A stretch of DNA of 64,000 bases. Source: Alphaproteobacteria bacterium (GTDB taxonomy: Bacteria; Pseudomonadota; Alphaproteobacteria; UBA828). How positions within the stretch are numbered: the first letter of the stretch is position 1; the number at the start of each line of letters is the position of its first letter. Positions 1 through 9,900 of this stretch are shown in pieces. The stretch lies in NCBI GenBank assembly GCA_965220745.1, contig CBDCQT010000012.1, forward strand, positions 224,001 to 288,000, read 5' to 3'. The notes beneath the pieces were generated by a model. That model did no database searches. It saw only the letters and a list, made by a program, of their open reading frames with translations, and was not told where the DNA came from. A program made the position numbers and the translations under genes.

Positions 1-1
1 C

Positions 2-1108
2 GCCCTGGCCGCCGCCGGGATGTTTTTCGCCGTATCGGCGAGCGCCGACTACGAGGGCGTTCCCCGCACCTTCCTGTGGAACCCCGGCAGCGTCGACATC
101 TACGACGCGGCCGAGCACAAGAAGGACGGCCCCTACGTTATCGGCTTTTCCAACGCGAGCCTGTCCAATCCCTGGCGCGTGGCCATGCTGCATGGCATCG
201 AGGCCGCCGCCGAACGCAACAAGGACAAGCTGGAGCGCTTCATCATCACCGACGCCAACGACAACCCCTCGAAGCAGGCCGCGGACATCCAGGACCTGCT
301 CGCTCAGGGCGTCGACATCCTGCTCGTCAGCCCGGCAACTGCCGAGGCGCTCGATCCCGCGCTGCGCAGAGCAAACAAGAGCGGTGTCCCGATCGTCCTA
401 GTCGACCGCGAGGTCACGTCGAAGGACAGCTACATCACCTTCGTCACCGCCTCCGACCAGGCGCTGGGGCGCATCTCCGCCCAGTGGCTGGCCGAGACGC
501 TGAACTTCGAGGGCAAGGTCGTGATGCTGGGCGGTCTGGCCGGAGCGTCGCCGGCTGAGAACCGGATCAAGGCGGCACACGAGGTCTTCAACCAGTATCC
601 CGGCATCGAGGTGCTGGAGGTCCAGTACACCTCCTGGTCGCCAGCCAACGGCAAGACGATCATGTCGGCCCTGATTCAGAAGTACGGCCAGGACATCGCC
701 GGCGTCTGGGCCGATTCCGGCCTGCAGGGCTCGGGCTCCATCGAGGCCTTCCTCGCCGCCGGCTACGAGGCCGGCACGATTCCGCCGCACACCGGCGGAG
801 ACTTCAACGCGATGTACCAGCTGAGCGTGCAGAACCAGGTGCCGATGGTGGGCATCGACTACCCACCGGCCATGGGCGCGGTGTCGTTCGAGCTGCTGTT
901 CGATGTGCTGGCAGGCAAGGGCATTCCGCGCCGGATCGAGGTAAACCAGCAGATCGTCGTCTCCGAGGGCGCGGAGACCGCGTCGGTCCAGGCGGATGTC
1001 TACGTCAAGGACTACGCCCTGATGGACAAGCCGGGCTCGGTCATCATGTCAAGCGGCGTGGGCCCCGACTACGATCCGGAGACCTTCTCGGCCGACTATC
1101 CGAGGTAA
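2..1108 (+). CDS. Sugar ABC transporter substrate-binding protein (RbsB-like), 5' end runs off the window
   Basis: Frame is open from base 2 (ALAAAGMFFAVSASA, signal-peptide-like). Type I PBP motifs IGFSNASLSNPWR, TDANDNPSKQ, GVDILLVSP. Followed by ATPase and two permeases. Confidence 0.9.
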   Translation, partial: ALAAAGMFFAVSASADYEGVPRTFLWNPGSVDIYDAAEHKKDGPYVIGFSNASLSNPWRVAMLHGIEAAAERNKDKLERFIITDANDNPSKQAADIQDLLAQGVDILLVSPATAEALDPALRRANKSGVPIVLVDREVTSKDSYITFVTASDQALGRISAQWLAETLNFEGKVVMLGGLAGASPAENRIKAAHEVFNQYPGIEVLEVQYTSWSPANGKTIMSALIQKYGQDIAGVWADSGLQGSGSIEAFLAAGYEAGTIPPHTGGDFNAMYQLSVQNQVPMVGIDYPPAMGAVSFELLFDVLAGKGIPRRIEVNQQIVVSEGAETASVQADVYVKDYALMDKPGSVIMSSGVGPDYDPETFSADYPR

Positions 1109-1126
1109 AGCGCCGACAAATGGTAG

Positions 1127-1156
1127 ACGGCCCCGCCGCACCCGCTGCGGGGCCGT
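1127..1156 (+). other. Intercistronic GC-rich hairpin (possible mRNA stabiliser or attenuator)
   Basis: ACGGCCCCGC...GCGGGGCCGT 10-bp stem between SBP and ATPase genes. Confidence 0.4.
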
Positions 1157-1198
1157 TCGCCACAGCGGCCGGATGGCGCCCCCCGGAGGAAAGGCGAC

Positions 1199-2719
1199 AT
1201 GGCTGATCCGGTGCTTGCCGCACGGGGCTTGACGAAATCCTTTGGCAGCAACGAGGTCCTCCGCAACGTCGATTTCGAGGTCATTGCCGGGCGCAACATC
1301 GCGCTCTGCGGCGAGAACGGCGCCGGCAAATCGACCCTCATCAAGCTCATGACCGGCGTCTACACGCCGTCGGCCGGGCAGGTCCTGCTGGACGGCGAAC
1401 CAGTGGCCTTCGCCGGGCCGAAGGACTCGATTGCTGCCGGCATCGCCGTCGTCCACCAGGAGTTCTCGACCATCTCGGCGCTCACGGTGGCCGAGAACGT
1501 GTTTCTGGAGAAGGAGCCGCGCAACCGGCTCGGCCTGGTCGACCGGCGCACGCTTCGCCGCGACTGCGCCGACCTGCTCCGGGAGCTGGGCATCGATCTG
1601 GACCCCGACACGACTCTCGACAGGCTCAGCGTCGCCGAGGCGCAGATGGTGGAGATCGCCAAGGCGCTGCGCTCCAGCGCCCGCGTGCTGATTCTGGATG
1701 AGCCGACGGCGGTGCTCTCGCACCGGGAGATCGATCATCTGTTCCGGATTCTGCGCGACCTGCGGGACCAGGGGATGGGGCTCGTCTACGTCTCGCACCG
1801 CTTGGACGAGATCTTCGAAATCTGCACCGACATCTGCGTCCTGAAGGACGGCGACGTCACGTCCGCGGGGCCGATCGCCGACTACGACCACGACAGGGTC
1901 GTCGCCGCGATGGTCGGCCGCAGCCTGGGCGAGCTGTTCCCGCCCAAGAGCGGGCCGGCGAGCGATGCGGCGCCAGCGCTCTCGCTGCGCGGCCTCGTCG
2001 CAGAGGGCGGCGGGCCGCCGATTGATCTGGACCTCCGCCCCGGCGAGATCGTGGGGCTGGCCGGCCTGGTCGGCTCCGGGAGAACCGAGCTCGCGCTCTC
2101 GATCTTCGGCGCGGCGCGCGGCAGCGGCGCCGTCGAGCTCTCAGGCAAGTCCTACAACAGACGCTCGCCGGGCCGCAGCCTTGCCGGCGGTCTCGCCATG
2201 CTGACGGAGGACCGCAAGGCGAATGGCCTCTTCCCCGAAGCCTCGGTCGCCTGGAACTTCGCGGCGTCGACGCTCGGCAAGGGTGCGCGGACGCTCGCGC
2301 TTTCGCCGCGGAGCGAAGAGGAGCGCTCCCGCTCCGTCGTCGAGCGCTTCAAGGTCGTCGTCGATCATGTCGGCCAGCCCATCTCGGCGCTCTCCGGCGG
2401 CAACCAGCAGAAGGTGCTGATCGGCCGCCTGCTTGAAAATACCCCGAAGGTTCTGCTTCTCGATGAGCCGACCCGAGGCGTGGATGTCGCCACCAAGGCG
2501 GAGATCTACCGCACCCTGCGCCGCCTGGCCGAAGAGGGCGTGGCCGTCCTGGTCATCTCCTCCGAGCTGATCGAGGTCGTCGGGCTGTGCGACCGCGTCC
2601 ACGTCATGCGCGACGGTGCGCTGGTCGCGGAACTGATTGGCGACGCCATCACCGAGGACGGAATCATGGCGGTGGCCGCCGCCGCGACGGGTGGCGTTGC
2701 GCCCCGACCGAATGTCTGA
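1199..2719 (+). CDS. Sugar ABC transporter ATP-binding protein (RbsA/MglA-type, two ABC domains)
   Basis: GENGAGKST Walker A, ILDEPT, LSGGNQQK, LDEPTRGVDV. Confidence 0.95.
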   Translation: MADPVLAARGLTKSFGSNEVLRNVDFEVIAGRNIALCGENGAGKSTLIKLMTGVYTPSAGQVLLDGEPVAFAGPKDSIAAGIAVVHQEFSTISALTVAENVFLEKEPRNRLGLVDRRTLRRDCADLLRELGIDLDPDTTLDRLSVAEAQMVEIAKALRSSARVLILDEPTAVLSHREIDHLFRILRDLRDQGMGLVYVSHRLDEIFEICTDICVLKDGDVTSAGPIADYDHDRVVAAMVGRSLGELFPPKSGPASDAAPALSLRGLVAEGGGPPIDLDLRPGEIVGLAGLVGSGRTELALSIFGAARGSGAVELSGKSYNRRSPGRSLAGGLAMLTEDRKANGLFPEASVAWNFAASTLGKGARTLALSPRSEEERSRSVVERFKVVVDHVGQPISALSGGNQQKVLIGRLLENTPKVLLLDEPTRGVDVATKAEIYRTLRRLAEEGVAVLVISSELIEVVGLCDRVHVMRDGALVAELIGDAITEDGIMAVAAAATGGVAPRPNV

Positions 2720-3659
2720 CCTCGCGCGCGCGGTCCGCTTTCAGAACGTCCATCTCGCGATCGTCGGGCTGATCGCGGCGGTCTTCATCGTCGGCGTGTT
2801 CTCGTCGGACCGCTTCGTCACCGTGCTCAACATCGCAAACGTGCAGGACCAGCTGGTCGCGCTGGCGCTGGTAGCGCTGGCCCAGACGGTGGTGATCCTG
2901 TCGGGCGGCATCGACCTCTCCTTCGCCGGGCTGCTCGGCCTCCTCTCGGTCTTGTTCGCCACCTTCGCCGGCTCCGATCCGGCGACCTTCTCTGCAGCCT
3001 ATATCTGCATCCTCGCGCTCGGCACGGCGATCGGTGCGCTTACCGGCGGGATCGTCGCCTTCAGCGGCATTCATCCCCTGATCGTGACGCTCGCGACATC
3101 GACCATCATGGCCGGCGCGGCGCTGCTCCATACGAAGCAACCCTCCGGCTCCGTGCCGCTCTTCTTCGAAGACATCGTCTATGCCCGGTTCTTCGGCTTC
3201 CTGCCGTGGGGAACGCTCTTCGTCATTGCGGCTTACGTGATCGTCGGCTTCGTGCTCTGGCGCACCCGCTTCGGCATCCGTGTCTACGCCATCGGCGATG
3301 ACGAGCGGGCGGCGACGATCTCCGGCGTCCCGGTCAGGTTGACCAAGGTGCTGATCTATGCGCTCTCCGGCTTCATTGTCGCTCTGGCGGCGATCTACCT
3401 GGTGGGCCGGTTCGGTGTGGGCGATCCGCGCGCGGGCATCGGCTTCGATCTGCGGTCGATCACGCCGGTGATCGTGGGCGGCACCCTGCTCGCCGGCGGC
3501 CGGGGCGGCGTGCTGGGCACGTTCCTGGCCGTCATCCTGCTCGCCCTTCTGGCGAACGTCCTGAACTTCCTGAACGTCTCGAACTTCTATCTGTGGATCG
3601 TGGAGGGCGTGATCATCGTCGTCGCCGTCTCGCTGTTCGTCGTGAGGGCGCGGTCATGA
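2712..3659 (+). CDS. Sugar ABC transporter permease (RbsC-like)
   Basis: Hydrophobic; GGIDLS, RTRFGIRVYAIG, GGRGGV motifs. ATG at 2712 overlaps the ATPase 3' end. Confidence 0.92.
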   Translation: MSDLARAVRFQNVHLAIVGLIAAVFIVGVFSSDRFVTVLNIANVQDQLVALALVALAQTVVILSGGIDLSFAGLLGLLSVLFATFAGSDPATFSAAYICILALGTAIGALTGGIVAFSGIHPLIVTLATSTIMAGAALLHTKQPSGSVPLFFEDIVYARFFGFLPWGTLFVIAAYVIVGFVLWRTRFGIRVYAIGDDERAATISGVPVRLTKVLIYALSGFIVALAAIYLVGRFGVGDPRAGIGFDLRSITPVIVGGTLLAGGRGGVLGTFLAVILLALLANVLNFLNVSNFYLWIVEGVIIVVAVSLFVVRARS

Positions 3660-4609
3660 TGGCGTGGCTCCTCGGCGGCACGGGGACGGTCAGGGGCCGG
3701 AAGACCCGTGAAATCCTGATGCTGCTGGTGTTCCTCATCCTGATCTGGGGATTCACGACGGTGCTCTCGCCGCGATTCCTGAGCATCAAGAACATCACCG
3801 ATATTCTGATCCAGGCCGCACCGCTCGGCTTCGTGGTCATCGGCCAGATGATCGTGATCGTGGTGCGCGGCCTGGACCTCTCGGTGGCCTCGATCATGGC
3901 GACCGCGGCGGTGCTCTCCATCGGCGTCTTCGACAACACCGCGACCGCGTTTGTCGCCGCCTTGCTGCTCGGCGCTCTGGTGGGCGGCGTCAACGGCTAT
4001 CTCGTGAGCTACAGGCGGGTGACTCCGTTCCTCGCAACGCTGGCGACGATGATCGTGCTGCAGGGCATCCGCTTCGCCTACACCAAGGGGGCGCCGAGCG
4101 GCTCGCTGCCGGATACCTTCCGGTACCTGGCGACGGGCGACGTCGGCGGCGTGCCCGTGGTCCTGATCGTGCTGATCGGGGTCGCGTTCGTGGCGCACCG
4201 GATGCTGGAGCGCAGCGTTCCAGGCCGGCAGCTCATGCTCTACGGCGACAATCCCGAAGCCGCCCACATGAGCGGCCTGCCGGTCAAGCGCATCGTGATC
4301 TCGGCCTACGTGATCTCCGGCGTTCTCGCCGCGATCGCCGGCCTATTTCTGGTTGGCTACGTGGGGATCGTCGACAACTGGACCGGCCAGGGCTACGAGC
4401 TCGACAGCATCGCGGCGGCTGTGATCGGCGGCGCATCCTTGCGCGGCGGCAAGGGCAGCGTGATCGGCGCCCTGCTGGCAGCGCTGATCCTGGTCTCGCT
4501 CTTCAACATCGTGGTCATCCTGGGCCTCTCCATCGAGTTCCAGATGGTGGTGAAGGGCGCTCTGATCCTGCTCGCGGCGGCCGTCTATATCCGGCGCGCC
4601 CGCGACTGA
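3656..4609 (+). CDS. Sugar ABC transporter permease (RbsC-like)
   Basis: RGLDLSV, YELDSIAAAVIGGASLRGGKG motifs. ATGA overlap with previous gene. Confidence 0.92.
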   Translation: MMAWLLGGTGTVRGRKTREILMLLVFLILIWGFTTVLSPRFLSIKNITDILIQAAPLGFVVIGQMIVIVVRGLDLSVASIMATAAVLSIGVFDNTATAFVAALLLGALVGGVNGYLVSYRRVTPFLATLATMIVLQGIRFAYTKGAPSGSLPDTFRYLATGDVGGVPVVLIVLIGVAFVAHRMLERSVPGRQLMLYGDNPEAAHMSGLPVKRIVISAYVISGVLAAIAGLFLVGYVGIVDNWTGQGYELDSIAAAVIGGASLRGGKGSVIGALLAALILVSLFNIVVILGLSIEFQMVVKGALILLAAAVYIRRARD

Positions 4610-5469
4610 CCGTCGCCGGCAGCGACCGAAATCCCTCTCTCCTCAAGAGGAATCGACACGAAGCGGGCGGCGGCGGCCTGGGCGTCGGCGATGGCCTCCC
4701 CCATCGCGGCGGACGCGGTCAGGCGGGCTGCGAGTGCGCCCACGAACGCGTCACCGGCGCCGTGCGCGGAGGCGACCGGCACCGGGCGGACCGTGTGATG
4801 CCGTGCCCTCCCGTTCCGGTCGCGATGGACCAGGCCGTCGCTTCCCAAGGTGACGATTACCTCCCCGTCGAAGCCCCCCGTCGCCCGCGTCGTCGCCTCC
4901 AACGCGTCTTTGGAGCTTTGGATTCGAACCTCGAACAGCGCTTCCGCCTCGACGCGATTGACGATGAGAAGGTCCACCAGCCGGAGCATCTCCGGCGAAA
5001 GCGGGCGCGTCGGCGCCGCGTTGAGGATCACCGTCGCCCCGCTCTTGCGGGCTTCGGCCGCGACCGCTCGATTGACCGCCTCGGGCACCTCGTTCTGCAT
5101 GACGAGGACGCGGGCGCCCTCCGGCATCACGAAGCCATCCGCAGAGAGTTGCCGGTTGGCGGACGAGACGACCACCGCGCCGTATTCCCCGTCCGCACCC
5201 ACGACCGCGACGCTGAGGCCCGACATCGCCGCTTCGTCTCGCTGGATGAGGGAGGTGTCGACGCCGGCCTCGCGGAGATTGTCGACGAGCGACGCCGCGA
5301 AAACGTCACTGCCCACCCGCCCCAGCATGGCGGTCGGCGCGCCGTGGCGGCTGGCGGCGACCGCCTGGTTGCCGCCCTTGCCGCCGCAGACGAGAGTCAC
5401 CGCCTCGCCCATGAGGGTTTCGTCCGGGGCGGGCAGACGCGGAGCGGTGACGACGACCCCGCCGGTCAT
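4585..5469 (-). CDS. rbsK: Ribokinase / PfkB family sugar kinase, possibly with an N-terminal in-frame deletion
   Basis: GGKGGNQAVA, QNEVP, LNAAP, GAGDAF motifs. The usual GSxxxD first strand is absent. Confidence 0.8.
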   Translation of the reverse strand: MTGGVVVTAPRLPAPDETLMGEAVTLVCGGKGGNQAVAASRHGAPTAMLGRVGSDVFAASLVDNLREAGVDTSLIQRDEAAMSGLSVAVVGADGEYGAVVVSSANRQLSADGFVMPEGARVLVMQNEVPEAVNRAVAAEARKSGATVILNAAPTRPLSPEMLRLVDLLIVNRVEAEALFEVRIQSSKDALEATTRATGGFDGEVIVTLGSDGLVHRDRNGRARHHTVRPVPVASAHGAGDAFVGALAARLTASAAMGEAIADAQAAAARFVSIPLEERGISVAAGDGQSRARRI

Positions 5470-6167
5470 CCGCCGGTCCCGTAGAGCGCGGAGGCGACGA
5501 TGCGCTGGCTCACCGTCGCGTCATGCCGGGCGATCGCCTGCGCCAGTCGTTCGTCCTCCGCCAGCACGGCGGCGACTTTTCGCAGTCGTTCGATGGTCTC
5601 GATGTTGGTCCCGCACTCCGCCACCGGGTCGAGCCCGCCCGTATCGGGGAAGGTGTCGAAGTAGATCGCCCGGTCGTAGCCGCAGCGGCGGAGCGCCACC
5701 AGCAGCTCGACGGTCTGGACGGGATGGATCGAGCCTGCCATCAGGCCGTCGTCGCGCTTGCCGTAGCCGTCGTTGAGCTGGACGCCGAGCAGCCGGGAAT
5801 GCCGATTCACGAGGTGGACGGTGTGCGCCGGCATCTCGCCCGCGTAGAGGACGTGCGCGAAGTCGAGCGTGACGCCGAGGTTTGCCGCCTCCACCTCGTG
5901 GATCGCGAGCAGGGTCGTGCCCACGTCCGGCATTAGGGAATAGCTCCGGGGCTCGTCCGGCTTGTATTCCAGCGCGATGTCGATCGCAGGATCGTGCCTC
6001 GCGATCTCGTCGAGGGCCGCGACGGTGTTGTCCCACATCCGCTCGTAATCGGCCTGGAAGGGGTAGTCGAAGCCGTCCTGGCCGAGCCAGAGCGTCATCA
6101 ACCTCCCGCCCATCTCAGCGAGTGCGTCGAGGCCACGGCGGGTGAGGTCGATAGCCTTCTGACGCCG
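5466..6167 (-). pseudogene. Xylose isomerase-like TIM-barrel sugar isomerase, 5'-truncated
   Basis: WLGQDGFDYPFQ, EYKPDEPR, TLDFAH, NDGYGKRDDGL, YFDTFP. Similarity stops at RRQKAIDL (~6167); upstream frame is antisense to another ORF. Confidence 0.8.
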
Positions 6168-6205
6168 CGACAGCAAGGCATGAGAGAGCCATCGCGGAGG
6201 CGGAG

Positions 6206-6754
6206 GTGGGCAACGCCAGATCCCTTGCTCGGGCGAGGCTCGAGAGCGCGCGCGCCGAAACGCTGTCGGCGCGCGATAGAGCTTTGCGCAACGCGTCCGC
6301 GGCCATGAGCAACGTACGAAACGCGGATTGTGCAGATAATAAGGAGCGCAAGAAGGCCATAGCCGCCGCGAAGGAGACGTATCGGAAAGCGCAGGCGGCC
6401 GCGCAAGAGAGATATCGCAAGGAAATAGCCGACGCGAGGGCAATCTCCGAACGGGCTGAGGCCAAAGCGAGCGTAGCTTGGCGGTCCGCGCACGACGCCG
6501 CTAGGTCGGCACGCACGGCGGCGTTAGCCGGCGCAGAAGCGTCGCGGCGTGAGGAGGTCGCCGCTGCGGAGGCAACCTTTGACAGGACTATGGCGAAGCC
6601 ACGGGCGACGTATGAGAATGCGGCAGCCGAAGCGGAGATAGGCTTCCGGGAAGCGCTCATGGCAGTTTACCCTGGCCCGACAAGCAACAATCCCACAGTC
6701 ATGGAGCGCCTGCTCGTGAAGTTCCTGCGGGAGTGCGAGGAAATGCTGCGCTAG
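6206..6754 (+). CDS. Ala/Arg/Glu-rich coiled-coil hypothetical protein, probably 5'-truncated
   Basis: Helical AAA/E/R-rich composition. Frame is open back to 6155 with the same composition and no convincing RBS/start. Confidence 0.5.
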   Translation: MGNARSLARARLESARAETLSARDRALRNASAAMSNVRNADCADNKERKKAIAAAKETYRKAQAAAQERYRKEIADARAISERAEAKASVAWRSAHDAARSARTAALAGAEASRREEVAAAEATFDRTMAKPRATYENAAAEAEIGFREALMAVYPGPTSNNPTVMERLLVKFLRECEEMLR

Positions 6755-6773
6755 GCGTCACGCCGTCGAGATC

Positions 6774-6893
6774 CATCGCCTGTGCGATCAAGCGGCCGTC
6801 CTTGTCCGCCGCCTCGACCAGGTGGGCGTAGCGTGCCGCGGTCCGGTGTTGCCGGTGCTCGAGCAGCCTGCCCGCCAGGGGCAGGTGCTCGCC
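6774..6893 (-). pseudogene. C-terminal remnant of a tyrosine recombinase (phage integrase family)
   Basis: Manual translation GEHLPLAGRLLEHRQHRTAARYAHLVEAADKDGRLIAQAM matches the LLGH...T..YAHL box II pattern. Not in the ORF track. Confidence 0.7.
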
Positions 6894-6921
6894 GGGACAT
6901 TCCGCGTCTCCTCCATAGCGC

Positions 6922-9900
6922 TCACATGCTCCACGACCGCCCCCTGTCGCGGCTCTTGGACTGGGCCTGGCGCTGCGGCGAGAGTCTGTCCATCCGCGAC
7001 ACCGAGTCGGCCACGGGTTCCACGAAGTCTTCTCCGCGCTTGAGGTGGGCGCCGTAGGTCCCGGGATCGTCGAGGATCGCCCTGCCCTCCCGGCGCAGGC
7101 GCTCGTTCCGCTCTAGCCAGTTCGCATAGGCGGGCAGGGTGGCGATGCGCACGTCGAGCGCCCTGGCGCGGTGCCTCAGCTTGTGGAAGCGCTTCCAGTG
7201 CTCGTCGGAGGCCTTGAGCCAGTTCTGAACGTGGGTGCGCGTCCGGACGTGCGCGAGGTGACCGTCGACCATAGCTTGAAGTTGCCGGCGCGGCTCGGCA
7301 GGAACCCGCTCGTTCCCGGCGAACTCGGCGATGCGCTCGATCAGCGCGGCGGCGCCGTCGAGATCGTAGGGGGAGATGCCGGCCCGTTCCGCCCGTGCGC
7401 GATGCAGGTTCCAGTTGAGGCGCAGGAGCCGGTATTCAACTCCCGAAAGCGGTGACGGCACCGTGTTGTTCGCCTGACCTGTGGCTGCGGGGCGCTTCGG
7501 CGGGTGGGCCGGGGGGCGAGCCTCCGTCTCGACCGACTTCTCCGCGGAACGTGCCTCCTGTGCTTCCTGCGAGCGCTCCGGTTGCGACCGCCGGACTTGC
7601 GCGGCCTTGCCGGCGACAGAGCGGCGGTATCTGCCCGCCCGGGCATACACGTCCCCGAGCTCATCGATCTCGCCCTGGCCGATGCCGGCGCGCTCGGCCA
7701 GCAGGCGCTCGAAGACCTGCGGCCTGGCACGGAACGTTTCTGCCTGCCTCATCAGTGCGCCGTGGCGGTCGAGGGTCTCGCGGAAAGCCGGGCTCAGCGC
7801 AACCGCATCGCCCTCGCTGCGCGTCCTCTCCCGAAGCGAATCCCACGCTGCCAGTACGTGCGTACGCTCGGCGGCGAATGCGTCCACCGCCGGGCCGTGG
7901 CGCCAGCCGGCAACCGCGTGGCGGATTTCTTCGGCAATGCGCACGATCGCGTTGTCATTCGCAGCGGCGTGGGTCTGGGTCTCGGTCGCCTCTCCACTCC
8001 CGTCGCTGGGACCGTCATGCCCTCTACCGTTCGATCGGCTACCGCCGTTGCCGACGTCCGTCCGCGCACCTTCGTGCGCATCCCGCCACGCGTCGTCCGA
8101 GACGTAGTCAAGCGCCGCTTCCTTGGGCTCGGACCGCGACCAGCGCTCCGCCAGATACGCACGCACATCTGAGTCCATCACGGGCAACTCGGCCTGATCC
8201 TCCGGTCGGCGCTCTGCGATGTCGAGGGTGATCGGCGAGCGGTTGACGTAGATGTCGATGCCCTCGCGATGCCGGGTAGCCGCCGGATAGATCGTCTCCC
8301 GTGCGGGCCGGTCGTCCACCAGCAGGAAGGCCCAGTCCACCGTCAGCCCCTGGGCGGAGGCGATGGTCATCGCATAGCCGTAGTCGAGGCGGATGTTGTC
8401 GTGCCAGTCGCGGATCTCGTCGTGGCGGAACGAGACCCTGCGCCCGTCGTCGGTCCGGGCCGTAACGTGGATGGGGGGCTCGTCCCACGAGCGCTTCGGC
8501 TCGGAACCGTCGATGTCGGCCGCCGTCTCCCGCCCGCCGGCTCGCCGGTTCCGGGCCTTGCGCGACACCGGGGTGTCTTTCGCGGGCCGCACTTCGAGGT
8601 CTTCCACCGTGACCACGGTGCCGTTGAAGAGCTGCTTCTCCCAATGAGTCGCGCCGATGCGGATGCGGTCGCCCACCGCGATCTCCAGCGGCTCCGTCAC
8701 CCGCCCGTCCAGGTCCCGGCTCACCTGGATGACCGCGCGCTTCGCGTTGGGGGTTTGCGCCAGTACCCGCTCCCGCATCAGCCAGGACAGCGCCCGCGCC
8801 TCGGCGCGCGTGCGCGCGAGCACGACGGTGGACGTCTCGGGCTCCGCACGCACATGCCGTTCCCAGTCCTCAACGAGCTTGGTCAGGGTCTTCTCTTCGT
8901 CGTGGTGGAGATGGAGCCGGTTGCGCAGATGCCAGGCCTCGATCGCCTGCTCCGCCTCCCCGTCCCTGAGCGCTTCCGAGACCGCCACCTGCCACGGCGT
9001 GAACAGGGGTTTCTTCTCCATCGCCTCGTACTCGGCGAGGATCGCGTCGCGCTCCTGCGGATTGGTCAGGCCCGCCCGGAAGCGCGCCTGCTCCGGCGTC
9101 TCCTTGTGCACGTGGACCAGCACGTCCTCGAGGTCCGCCTTCTGGCGCCTGATGCGGTCCACGCGAATGCTGCCCGCGACGTCCCGGATCAGTCGCAGTC
9201 CGGGCCCCGCCTCCACCGGCTGCTGCTGCCGGGTGTCGCCCGCGAACACCACCTTGGCGCCGTGGCGCTCGGAGAGCTGCAGGATGTGATGGGCCTGCCG
9301 CGTCGACAGCATCCCCGCCTCGTCCACCACGATCAGCGTATTGCGACCGATCTCCACCTGGCCCTTTGCGGCAAGCTTGAGGAGCTTGTCGACGCAGTAG
9401 GTGCGCGCATCACAATCATCGCCCAACGCCACCGCCGTCCGCCATGCGACGGCTGTCGGTACGATCTCGTAGCCGTGCTCCTTGTGAAGGTCCGTGATGG
9501 GTCTGAGCGTGGTGGTCTTGCCCGAGCCTGCCGCGCCCTCGATCACCGCGACACGTCCGTCCTTTATCGTGGCATGACGGATGGCCAGCGACTGCTCCTG
9601 GCTCAGCGGGTAGCCCTCCGCCAGCAGGGTGTCCACCTTCTCCTTGACCGCCTCTTCCGGCAGGCCGTGGCCGGTATCGGCGGCCATGGCTTGCGTCATG
9701 TCCTTGACCGCCTGTTCCAGTCCCAGGTTGTGGCGGGTAGAATAGACTTCCGTGTGGACCATGCCGGCCCTGGATTCGGCCGTGGGCTTCTTCGGCTCAA
9801 GCCGCTCGATCTCCGGGTTGCGGCGCAGACGCTCGATGGCCGTCCCCACCGCCTCCCGACCCATCAGCCTTGCCGCCGCGTTCGCCGCCGCCTCCACCAT

